64,000 nucleotides of DNA from a virus (taxonomy: Duplodnaviria > Caudoviricetes), in IMG/VR virus record IMGVR_UViG_3300021400_000134, one strand, 5' to 3'. A program made the position numbers and the translations under genes. Positions 39,901 to 51,313 of this stretch are shown here, in pieces. Every line of letters starts with the position of its first letter. The first letter of the stretch is position 1. The notes under the pieces are model-generated. The model saw only the letters and a list, made by a program, of their open reading frames with translations. It did no database searches and had not been told where the DNA came from.

Positions 39901-42900
39901 TGACTACATGGAATCTTCTGGTACTTATAACATGGGTTTTGCAAACCTTGCTAAAAATATTTATACACATCATCCACTTTATGACTATTATACAAAAGGA
40001 GCTTTTTTAACTGCTGATACAGCGTATGAAGAAGCTACTTCTTATTCAGAAGGAAAGACTTATTACTATAAGAATCATAAGGGAAATTGAAAAAATACCA
40101 CAGATGATGAATTAAAGATTGCTACTGCAGAAGAATTCAATATGGGTCCAGTTGCATATGCGCAATCTAAAGGTATTACAAAAGTATTAACTGATACTTC
40201 TGTGCCTGAATATAATAAATGATATGTAGCAACTACTGTTTATAATACAGCAGAAGTTCCAAATTATTTAGATGATTATCGTACTTCAGTACAAGGTTTC
40301 CCTGTTCTGACATTCCATGAAACAACAGATGCTAATGGAAATAGTACAGGTATTAGATTCATTGGTCGTTACAATATGCTATTAGATAAAGGCTCAGATG
40401 AAGCATTTGGATTTAAACCAGCAGAAGAGGTTTATCAAAAATTTGCAACAAACAGCAAAGGAAAACCGTTAAAGGTTAGTAAAGTTGCCGAATGTTGAGA
40501 AGCAGAAAATAACTCTCGTGGTTTCTGTTCATTCCGTGACGCCGCAACTAATAGAACAGATGATAAATTCTTTGACACTGGTACTTTAACTAATGCTGGT
40601 GCACCAATAGTGGCAGACTATTGGGAATACCGTTATCATGATAAAGCAGACTCATTAGATGTTCTTTATGAATTAAAGGATAAAATAGCTGATGAAAAGT
40701 CTATTGCTACAGTCGCTGATGAAATGGGTGTTGATATTCAGGATACAACTGTTGTTCCTTGCCCTGATCCAAAATATACCGGAACCTATACTCAAGGTAT
40801 GGCAAATGCGGGCCAGGCTTTATTAGATACTTATTCTAACTGGGAACGTGCGGTTAGATGGGTTTATAGCACAGACCAGGAAGCAGTTCCTTCCGCAGGT
40901 ACATATCGTGAAGTAGATTTAGGTCTTGAAGCTTATCAGCCAAATATTTACTATATTTTTGATGAAGAAAATAGTAAAATGGTAGAAGACCCAGAAACAG
41001 GCGAAGAAACTTATGTATATGCTTATAAATTAGATAATTCTGAAAATTATAATCCATCACAGGCTTATTATAAGAAGATTAATAATAATTATGAGCCTAT
41101 TAAGCTTTGCGCCGATTCAAGTCTAGTATATCAAACTAATACATATTATATCCTAACTACTCTTGGAGATTATGTATTAGATCCTGATACTGCATTTAAT
41201 CCAGATTATACTTACTATTTCTTAGATGCTGATGAAGCAAACAGTGGAGCTGCTTTATTGCCAGAACCTGTTGTTTATAATGGAAAAACATATACTTATG
41301 ATACAAAAGAATATCGTAATGCCAAATTTACAAATGATTTAACAAAACACTTTAATCTTGAATATCTTGTTACATACTTTATTATGACTGAAGTGTTTGA
41401 GTGTTATGACTCTCGTGGAAAGAATGCGATGTTTGCTTCTTGGGGTCCTCAAGAACAGGGTGGAGATTATATTTGATACCCAATTTTCTACGATATCGAT
41501 ACTCAATTAGGTATTAATAATACTGGTATTCCTTCATTTGAGTATTATGTAGATGCTACTGAAAATGGAACATTCTCTACTAATGATAGCTTGCTATGGA
41601 ATAACTTATATAAGAATTTCCGTGGTCAAATTATTCAGAAATATAGACAGTTAAGAGGAGCAAATTCAACATATCCTTCTTTAAGTCCAGCTCCATTGCA
41701 AACAGTAGATAGAATTGAAAAATGGTATTTAGCTGATCCTAATACAACAAATAGTTTTGCTATGAGAGGTGAAAGACCATTAATCGCGTTAAATCTTGAT
41801 GAATATTATAAATATATTACTATTACAAATCCTTTAATGGGTTATCAAGATAGAAATGGCGGTACTGGTTATGATAATGGTACTTATTTCTATGCATTAC
41901 AAGGTGATAGAAGCTTATCAAGACAGCAGTTCTTAACAAACCGTTTAAATTATATTGATTCTTGGTTGAACCAAGGCAACTATGAACGTGGTGGCACAAA
42001 TATTATTAGAGGTCGTGTTGCTGCAAATAATCCAGAAACTCAATCAGATAAGTGAATTGATATTGGAGGTAACGCTAATAATATTTCAGCGCTTAGTGAG
42101 AGTGCTTATTGGTTAGATGATGAAGAAACGCGTAAGCATCATTTATTTGATGGTGAATATTGGATTAATATGGAACCAGTAAGAAACTCATATGTAACTG
42201 TTGGTACAGACGCCGCAAACTTCCCTTCATTAAAATATACCAATCTTGAAGGGCCTGTTAGATTTATCACTTCTGATTTAGAAAATGGTGTTCGTAAAAG
42301 TGGTAACTATAGAGAGCAGCTTTACTATATCTATGGCTTAGACCAGATGAAGAGTTTAGGCGATATGAGTAGATTATACTGAGCAGAATTTAATATTGAA
42401 GGCTCCGCTGCGAAGATGACTGATTTATTGCTTGGCTATGATGGTGTAGATGAAGATAATGCGCATTATAAGAATGAAAGAATTAATATGTATGGTATCC
42501 ATGCTAGCAATTCAGCAAGTGATAAAGGCGGTATGCCATTATTAAAGAAAATTAATTTATCATATATTAAATTCAATGATGCTTCACCAACTTATGATTT
42601 TACTAGCTGTGAAAAACTTGAAGACTTTAGAGCTATTGGTTCAAATATTACTAATGTTTCATTTGCAGATGGTGTTGCTTTAAATACCTTATACTTGCCA
42701 GATACAATTAAACGTCTTGATTTAACTGAGGCAACAAAATTAAATAATATTGTTACAGATTTCAGAGTTCGTAAAGATTCTATAAATCAAGATGTTTATC
42801 CAGGACTTTATATCCCTGGTTTGACTGATAATAGTGAAAATCCAATTTCTGCAATTGAAGCGATTAATATTATTGGTGATCACATGGGTTATGATAGTTA

Positions 42901-44884
42901 TAAACTATTGCAAAACTATTTTAAAGCTAGACGTCAAGCAGGAATGTCTTCTATTACAATTACGGATGTAAAATGAACTCCTTATGAATTACTAGAAGAA
43001 GGCGCCTCTTATAATAGCGCTGAAAGCGATTCTTATTATGTAGATGACGGTCACTTTGGCTTTAAACCTTTCGTTTATAATAGTTATAATGAATGAAATT
43101 TATTAATTAAAAATGGCGAGTTATATAAATTTAATTCAACATTAGATAGTAGTATAATAAAAACAACTCAATTATTAGACCTTTTAGCAGATGAAGCTAA
43201 TTTTAATAGTGCTTCTTCTAATACTAGCACAGTTCCAACCATTACAGGAACTGTTTATGTAAACAATGATACGGCTATAAATGAAAATGATATTGAAGCA
43301 AATTTAGTAACAAAATACCCAGGAATAAAATTCTTCTTTAAAAAGGTCGATAAAGTTCCAGCCGCAAAATATGTTATTTTAAACGATGATGGAACTTATG
43401 ATGTATTGGCAAGAAAGTCTTTAAGTCAAAATGAAACTTTCTTCCCAAATCCATTGACATTAATTTCTTCAAAAGAATTGGATAAATATGATACTAGATT
43501 AAAATATGATTTCTATGGATGGGGCAGTAAAGCATTGAGTCCGGCTGGAGTAGAAGCATTAAATGATATTGAGTGGTATTTAAGCTCAAAGAATAACTTA
43601 ATTGTTACTACAAATAATCCTGATTCTGCAGCATTAACGCAAGATCAGTGGTATGACAATTGGGCAACTCAATCTGTTCAAGAAGGAGTCTATGACTATA
43701 CATTCTATGCTGTTTATGGTGTTCATAAATATATTATGACATTCTTAAATGGTGATAATAAAACAGTCGCAGGAGAACTTCGTGTTGAAGCAGATGAATT
43801 TGTTCCAATTCCAACATTTATTCCAAGCAAGGATGAATCAGATTTACCATTCGATCAAACTTATAGATTTACTGGTCAATGAGCTCTTGAAAATGGCAGA
43901 GTTTTAGCAGAAAATACAATTAAGTCTAATAGAAATTATACTTTCTATTCAGATTTTAAGCAACAATCTGTATATGATGAACCTACAAACATAGATTATT
44001 TCACATTCTCAAGTCCATTACCATATTCAGAAACAGAAGGAAGCTTAAGTGATGTTATTGCAATGACATTATTAAGCGGCTCTAATGCACTGGATCCTGC
44101 ATATAATGTAAGCGATGGTGTTGTAATTAATATCAAACCAGGCGTACATTTGTCAGGAAAAATTACTTTACCTATTCGCTCACCAGCTGGAAATCCAGTT
44201 ATTGGTGTTGGCAATAGTTTTGCAATTGCCAATAACGCAGGTGTTATTCAAAATGGTGGAAAAGATATTACTCATATTTTCTGGTATCATACAGATACAG
44301 AAAAACCAATGGTAAGATATATTAGTGTTGGCGCATTTGCAAGTACCGTTGCAGCATCTTCTGCTAGTGTTATACCTTCAAAAATAAGATATGTTGAACT
44401 TCCTGAAGGATTAAGAATCATTGGTACAAATGCTTTCTTCTGGACTAGGTCTTTAGATGTTACTTTGATGGAATTACCTTCTACTTTAATTGCAATTAAT
44501 AGTAATGCTTTTAACCAAGCATTTACATCTAATATTACTGGAGGTACATTTACAATTCCAGGAGCTGTTAGTGGTATTGGCGAAAGAGCATTTACAAATA
44601 TGGTTCGAGTAGATACGTTTAGATTTGGAACAATTGATGATCCATCTAAATTAGAGAATATCGGTGGAAGTAGATATGTAGATGGAACTTATACCGGTGC
44701 TGATGTATTTAATGGAAATGGTGCAACTCCAAATAAGCTTGAATTCTATGCCAGTAGTGAAAACCAGGTTGAAAAATGGGTTGAATTCTTAACGGGCTCA
44801 AGACAAGGAGTAGATTCTTATTTCGCAAATATGAGTCAAGCAAATAGATATTTCTACTTTAATGGAAATACCATAAATCAATAA
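36962..44884 (+). CDS. Giant multidomain protein (2640 aa, code 4): LamG-like, CotH-like kinase, LRR, InlB B-repeat-like, BspA-type LRR
   Basis: Twelve track ORFs in one frame. Kinase-like motifs QGTSSEFYPRRNYK, FTLKIDYMESS, GRYNMLLDK, YDSRGKNAMF and WYPIFYDIDTQLG. LRR_5-like VELPEGLRIIGTNAF and TIPGAVSGIGERAF. Confidence 0.8.
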
Positions 44885-44898
44885 GAGGAGGATACGTA

Positions 44899-45117
44899 AT
44901 GAAAAAACAAGCATTATATACTTATTTAGGTACTAATGGAACAATTACTTCTCCCGTTCATCTTGAAGATATCTATTATACATTAAAGTATGAAATAGAG
45001 GCTGAAGCTAATAAAATGCTTACTAAAGATGGACAAACATTTTTAAAAAGAACAGTAGTTCCAGCCGATGAATTGGATGAATGGAAAGAAGTATATTCAA
45101 AGGTCAGTTCTAAATAA
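44899..45117 (+). CDS. Small protein (72 aa), possible fibre chaperone
   Basis: SD gaggagg; directly after the giant gene. Confidence 0.6.
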   Translation: MKKQALYTYLGTNGTITSPVHLEDIYYTLKYEIEAEANKMLTKDGQTFLKRTVVPADELDEWKEVYSKVSSK

Positions 45118-45147
45118 TTAAACTTAATGAAAAATTAAGTATAATAG
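45102..45147 (+). promoter_or_regulatory. Putative late-promoter motif, copy 5
   Basis: GGTCA-N8-TAA-N18-TAAGTATAATAG. Confidence 0.5.
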
Positions 45148-45150
45148 TTA

Positions 45151-45184
45151 AAGGGAGAGGATTTATCTCCTCTCCCTTAATTTT
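45151..45184 (+). terminator. Terminator-like hairpin
   Basis: aagggagagga / tcctctccctt followed by aatttt. Confidence 0.65.
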
Positions 45185-45203
45185 AAGATAGGAGGAAAAT
45201 TAG

Positions 45204-47354
45204 ATGATTACTTATATCAATAATGATAATAAACAAGACTATACAGTATTGTTTAATAAAGCCTCTGCTAAACTAGGTCTTGCACCAGTAGAAAAAGAAG
45301 TTGGCCTAGATAGTGATGGGAATCCAATTATCGAATATTATAAGTATGCATTAGCTGCTAATGGTACAAGAGAATTGGTTCCTTGTGTTGCTTTTGACCC
45401 TGCTGAAGGTGCAGATAACAGTAACGCAGATTTTGATGCAGATGGTAATTTTCTTATCTCAAAAGATGGACAAAAAGTTATCTCTAATGGAATCACTAGT
45501 TTAAATGAATATTTCCAACATATTGAAGAACTTTCTGAACTCGCTATTGGCGAGGGCAGAACGGGTTCAGATCCATATTTCTTAAGATTGCCTCTTGACG
45601 AGCCATTCTTTGAAATTAATGCAAATACCCGTGGAATTACAGTTCCAGGAGAATTAAGCCAGGTTGGTGTTGTTGGTGATAAACTTGCGGAAATTCTTTT
45701 CTTTAAAATAGATAGATATTATGATGCAGTTGATTTAGACACTCGTCATATCTATATTGAATGGGAACTTCCTGATGGAACTAGGGGTATTTCTAGAGAC
45801 TTTTTAAGAGATACTCAGTCTGAAAAAGATAAGATTATTTTTGGCTGGTTGATTGATGATGTTCTAACAAAACAAATCGGTACAATTAGATTTGCAGTAA
45901 GATTTGTAGAATGGACAGATAGAGGAGATGAAGCTGCTGTTAACGCTCAATTATTATACAGCTTTAGTTCATTACCAGCAACAATTTCTATTTCAGATAC
46001 TTTACACTACACCCTATTTGAAGATGATGAAGAGTTAAAATATAATACAGATGCAAATGTCACAGCAATCCAGACATTCAGAGGAGCTTTTGAAAACGCA
46101 AATCCAGATTCTGCAGACGAAACAGCTCCTGCATTAGCTGCAATTCCAGTATTTGTACGTAATCTTGATGTTAATGCAACATTAATGTCAGAAGGATTAT
46201 ATACTCGTAATCTAGAAGGTGGAGCAAAGAACCAGCCAGAAGGCTCATTAAAACTTATTGGTGAAGCTTATTCTCCAGACAGTGGAAGTGTTACTTATAT
46301 GTTTGGCTTCAAGGCTCAACAAGAAGATGGAACACAGGGCATGGCTACAAAGCATGACTTTATTGAAGTTACTGATTATAGTGATGAAAATAGAAGTTAC
46401 TTTGTTAAGGCTGATAATGGTATTTATGAATCAGTATCACAAACAGATATTGAAGCATTACCAGAAGGCACAAAGGTTTATGAAAAGATTGCTTATGCTA
46501 TTGCAACTAGACCTGGATATTATAAAGTAAATGCTCGTAATAGAGTATCTGGTAAGAAGACTAACACTGCAGATAGTTATATGCTTTATATTCCTTATGC
46601 AGCAATGCCTGAAGTTACTACACAAATGGCCGATCATTTTGTCATTAGCCAGGTAGATTATGAAGAAACTTTCAATGCAAATGCACAAAGTGGTGCAAAT
46701 GCAACAAGTAATATCGAATATATTCCAACTGCCGCAGCCGCAGCTAAATTAACTTTAGCCCCAGTAGTTAAGGCTAGTGATGGAAGTGCTGCTGGTCAGA
46801 CTGAAAACCTAAGTTATCAGTGGTATAAGAGTGAAGATATCTATGATACAGCAATGGAAAATGCTGTATTAATGGAAGGTGCAACTGAAGCTACTCTTGA
46901 AGTAACTACTCCTGGTTGCTACGCAATGAAAGTAGACAATCATTTTAATAATGACCATACTGAAACAGAGTTATTAGATGCTGGTGTTTGCCGAGTAACT
47001 AGAATGCCAGAAAAACCAACAATTAATTGGAGTGAATGGGAAGCAACAATTATCGCTGGTAGAGTAAATATTCCTGACCTTGAGGTTTCTGTTGGAGACC
47101 ATGACAAAGTTTTATATGCATGGCATAAGATTACAGACAATGCTGAAGATAAAGACCCAGTTGCTGAAGCTGATATGCTTCAAGCTTCTGGCGAATTAGA
47201 ATTCAACGCAGAGGGTAAAGCAATGTTACCATTCAGACCATTAACAAATGGTAGATATTATTTGATTCTTGAAAATCAATTAAATGGAGCAAGTGTATTC
47301 TCTAATTCAGCTTACGAATATGGTGTAATTTACGTTGAAGCTCAAAACAATTAA
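45204..47354 (+). CDS. BppU-like baseplate protein with Ig-like domains (716 aa)
   Basis: GVVGDKLAEILFFKIDRYYDAVDL...GTIRFAVRF (BppU N-terminal-like); LSYQWYK Ig motif; 7 of 7 Trp are TGG. Confidence 0.7.
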   Translation: MITYINNDNKQDYTVLFNKASAKLGLAPVEKEVGLDSDGNPIIEYYKYALAANGTRELVPCVAFDPAEGADNSNADFDADGNFLISKDGQKVISNGITSLNEYFQHIEELSELAIGEGRTGSDPYFLRLPLDEPFFEINANTRGITVPGELSQVGVVGDKLAEILFFKIDRYYDAVDLDTRHIYIEWELPDGTRGISRDFLRDTQSEKDKIIFGWLIDDVLTKQIGTIRFAVRFVEWTDRGDEAAVNAQLLYSFSSLPATISISDTLHYTLFEDDEELKYNTDANVTAIQTFRGAFENANPDSADETAPALAAIPVFVRNLDVNATLMSEGLYTRNLEGGAKNQPEGSLKLIGEAYSPDSGSVTYMFGFKAQQEDGTQGMATKHDFIEVTDYSDENRSYFVKADNGIYESVSQTDIEALPEGTKVYEKIAYAIATRPGYYKVNARNRVSGKKTNTADSYMLYIPYAAMPEVTTQMADHFVISQVDYEETFNANAQSGANATSNIEYIPTAAAAAKLTLAPVVKASDGSAAGQTENLSYQWYKSEDIYDTAMENAVLMEGATEATLEVTTPGCYAMKVDNHFNNDHTETELLDAGVCRVTRMPEKPTINWSEWEATIIAGRVNIPDLEVSVGDHDKVLYAWHKITDNAEDKDPVAEADMLQASGELEFNAEGKAMLPFRPLTNGRYYLILENQLNGASVFSNSAYEYGVIYVEAQNN

Positions 47355-47375
47355 TTCAAAAGGAGGTAAAAGCTA

Positions 47376-48167
47376 ATGATCACAACTCCTGAAGAATATG
47401 TAAAATATCTATGGGGGATTGAAACGCAAGAGCCTCTTTATGGTAGCCAAGTAACAGCGGATGAACCAGACCAAGCAATTCTAGATTATCTGGAATTGCT
47501 TGGTATTAATCCAGCAGAATTGCAATTAGACGAGGAAGGATGTGTGCTAAATCCAACTACTGGTGAAGTAGTAATGCATACAGTTAATCCTTATAATAAT
47601 AAGCCAATTCTATCTGTTATTTTGCCATCTGATGAAAAGACTTTTGATGTTGATTTAGACTCTAGAGAGATTTCAGTTCCAACATTTTTAAGTGTTTCTA
47701 AAGACCATAGGGCTGAAACGATTTACTTCCTTGTGGATAGATATTATGACTATAAAGATTTATCTCAAACTTCTTGTATTATTGAATTTATTAATGCGGA
47801 AGGTGAAGGTGGATATTATGTAGTTCCATTTTATGACATTAGTTCATATCCAAGATATTTTGATGAAGATAATGTCGAACATGAAGCAAAAATGCTTATA
47901 CCTTGGTGCATTGAAGGCAATGCTACTAAGGGTTCTGGCCCAGTTCAATTTGCAATTAGATTTTATCAATTAGATGATGCAAATAAAAATTTCATTTATA
48001 ATTTAAGAACAAGAGTCGCAACAGCGCAAGTTCTTGAAGGAATGGATGAAAGTGTTTTGGATGCACATCTTGATACTGATTTGATGGCTAATTTATTGCT
48101 ACAAATTAATAATAAATTAGAAACCACCGAAGCAACAATTTATTGAACTGATTTACCAAAATATTAA
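47376..48167 (+). CDS. BppU-like baseplate protein (263 aa, code 4)
   Basis: DHRAETIYFLVDRYYDYKDL...GPVQFAIRFY, paralogous to the previous gene; reads through TGA 48144 to TAA. Confidence 0.7.
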
Positions 48168-48173
48168 AATTAA

Positions 48174-48209
48174 AAGGGTATCCTAATTTAGGATACCCTT
48201 ATTTTTTTT
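48174..48209 (+). terminator. Intrinsic terminator
   Basis: aagggtatccta / taggataccctt followed by aT8. Confidence 0.85.
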
Positions 48210-48255
48210 GGCCAAATGTATATAAGACATTTTCTATAAAACTCAAATATTTTAG
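48210..48255 (+). promoter_or_regulatory. Putative late-promoter motif, copy 6
   Basis: GGCCA-N8-TAA-N18-CAAATATTTTAG. Confidence 0.55.
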
Positions 48256-48321
48256 AAAGAAAATAAGATTTTCTTTAATAGAGAAAATTTAATAGAATAA
48301 AAGGAGAAAGGAGCGTAATAA

Positions 48322-51246
48322 ATGTCTGATACATTGGTAAAATTTAAAACCGGAACTGTTGAAGACCTAGCCTCAAAAAAGGTTATTGATGGAGTAGAAT
48401 ATCCTTCTATTCCATTGGAATCAGGTTCAGTATATTTTGCAGTTGATACGGAAAATTCTAATGGTAAAATTGTATATGACTATCCGCTTGTGCGAACAGG
48501 TTTAAGTAATTGAAACAGTACCACTTCATATGCAAAAGACGCAGAAGTAATTTATAATGGAAAATATTACAAATCCTTTGTTGCTAATAATATTGGACAC
48601 GTTCCTTATGGAGCAGCGAATAGTTATAATTACTGAAGAGAAATTGTAACTCGAGTAGTAATGGGAAGTAGCTATGGATTGAAACTTGAAAATGGAAATT
48701 TAATACTGGTAAGAGATGGTCAAAATACTTCGGTATCATTACCAGATAATAATACTTGGCAAGCAAATACCAATTCTCAAGAAGGCTATGTTGCTTCTGG
48801 CTCTGGACAAGCTAACAAGGTTTGAAAAACAGATGGCAGTGGAAATCCTGCATGAAGAGATGATGATAACAACACATATTCAACTGCGACTAATACAAAT
48901 TTAGGTTTGGTGAAACCTTGATATAGTCATACTAAAGCCAGTACTGGGCCTACTACAGGCTCAAATGCAACCGCAGTAAATGTAAATGCTTTATCTTCTA
49001 CTGTAGGAAAGTATTATGCAATAGAGAGTGATAGCAATGGTAGATTATTTGTTAATGTGCCATGAGCCAATGATAATACATGGCAAGCCAATACAAATGC
49101 CCAGGCGGGTTACGTTACTTCTGGAGCTAGTCAAGTTAATAAAGTATGAAAAACCGATGCAAATGGAAACCCGGCTTGACGCGATGATGCAAATACTACA
49201 TATTCAACAGCAACATCTTCTGTCCTTGGATTGACAAAATTAGGTTCAGATACGGTTCAGTCTGTTGATGCAAACGCAGTTTCATCTGAAACAGGAAAAA
49301 CATATGCAATTCAATTAAATGGTTCTAGCCAAATGGTTGTTAATGTGCCTTGACAAAATGATAATACTTGAAATAAAGCAACTACGGCACAAGATGGCTA
49401 TATTTCTAAACTATCTGGAAATGCAACTCAGTATTTAAATGGTAAAGGCCAATGGTCAACGCCACCTAATGATAATACAACCTATGGGTTATCTATTTCC
49501 GGTCATACGGTTTCTCTCGTTGCAGGAGGTACAACTACGTCTGTTACAGTTCCAGATAATAATGACAACACTTGACAGGCTAATACGGCAACTCAAGAAG
49601 GTTATGTATCAGCGCCTCCAACAGGAGATGATGGAAAAAACAAAGTTTGAAAAACAGATTCTTCTGGAGTTCCTGGATGGAGAAATGATAGTAATAATAC
49701 TTATAGTCTTGCTAAATACAATAATTTAGGTCTTGTAAAACCTGCTTATAGTTCTACTGGTGCTGCTACATTAACAACAGCAGCCGCACAGAATTCTTCT
49801 ACTCCAACAATTGCAGCAAAAACAACCGATGCGGGAAGATATTATGGGGTAGAAGCAGATAAAAATGGAATTTTATTTGTTAACGTTCCATGAACAGATA
49901 ATAATACATGACAGGCCGCAACCACAGGTCAAGTAGGTTATATTCCAAAATTATCAGGTACCGCAACACAATATTTAAATGGCGCTGGTCAATGAACAAC
50001 TCCCCCAAATGATAATACTACTTATGGATTGTCAATAAGTGGACATACAGTTTCTATTGTTGCTGGAGGAACAAATACTTCGGTAACAGTACCAGATAAT
50101 AACGATAATACATGACAGCTTAATACAAAAAATCAAGAAGGATATGTAGCCTCTCCAAACGGTGGAACAAATAAAATATGAATGACAAATTCAACAGATG
50201 GAACACCAGCATGGACTGCAATTGGGGATGTACTAAAAGTTGGCGATGCAATGGTTTTTAAAGGCGTTATTGCAGGTACTGCCACATCACCGGGTGCATT
50301 TACAAAAGCCGCAAATTGCGGTGATACATATAGAGTTTCTACTGCTGGATATGTTAATGGACAAAAAGTTGAAGCAGGAGATTTGTTTATTTGTACTGCT
50401 GACGGCACAGTTGCTGCAACTTCTTCAAATTATTCAACGGTACAAAATACATGAACAATTGCACAAACAAATTTAGACGGTGCAGTTATTGGTCCTGCTA
50501 GTGCGTCTACAGGTAATTTCGTTCAATTTGATGGCACAAGTGGAAAATTAATTAGTGATAGTGGATATTCATCAAGTAGTTTTTCGTTAGTAGGACACAA
50601 TCATGACGGTGCTTATGTCAACGTTACTGGCGATACAATGACTGGTGTATTAAAGGCATATGCTAATCAATACACGGATGATTATACTACATGTGGTATA
50701 AATATGCAAAATTCTGATATTGTGGGATTAAACAGTATTTATACTGCCGATAGCGCAGACGGGGCAGGAGAAGGCATTCATTTTTATAGAGATTCAACCC
50801 ATGTTGATACTTTATGAATGAATGGTGGAGATATTCTATTTGTTCCCAATAGAGCTTTAGGGACAAATACGTCTAAGGCGAATTCTCAAAAAGTTGGTAG
50901 ATTTACAGCTAATCCAACTTCTGGACAAGTTGTAATTACAGATGGAACTACTGGTGGGATGAAATCTAGTGGTTATACCATTGCTAAAAGTGTTCCAAGT
51001 GATGCCAAATTTACTGATACAGACACTAAGCAAAATATTACATTAAAAACAACAACAAAAGGATATATAACGGCTGTTGAAACAACTCCTACTGGCACAG
51101 CAGCCGCCCAGCCGGGTATTGCCGATACTGGAGTTTATTTAACAACAACAGCTGGTCAAATAAATGCAAAAACATATAAAGTAGATGAAGCAGTAACGCT
51201 TCAATACAATTCAACAACAAAGTCATTAGACTTTATATTCGCATAA
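48322..51246 (+). CDS. Repeat-rich tail fibre (974 aa, code 4)
   Basis: One frame. CBM5/12-like segment near the N-terminus, then repeated NTWQAN..QEGYV...NKVWKTD..G.P.WR, VNVPW and QYLNG.GQW.TPP modules. Confidence 0.8.
48745..50220 (+). repeat. Modular protein-coding repeats of the fibre shaft
   Basis: Four NTWQ.N/NKVWKTD-type units, three VNVPW units and two QYLNG-GLSISGHTVS units. Confidence 0.8.
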
Positions 51247-51251
51247 TATAG

Positions 51252-51278
51252 AGGAGAGTTAACTTGACTCTCCTTTTA
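51252..51278 (+). terminator. Terminator-like hairpin overlapping a -35 box
   Basis: aggagagt / actctcct followed by a T-rich tail. Confidence 0.6.
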
Positions 51279-51293
51279 CTTTTATGTTATAAT
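51264..51293 (+). promoter_or_regulatory. sigmaA-type promoter with extended -10
   Basis: TTGACT-N18-TATAAT with TGn. Confidence 0.65.
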
Positions 51294-51313
51294 AAGAGAG
51301 AAAGGAGACTACT

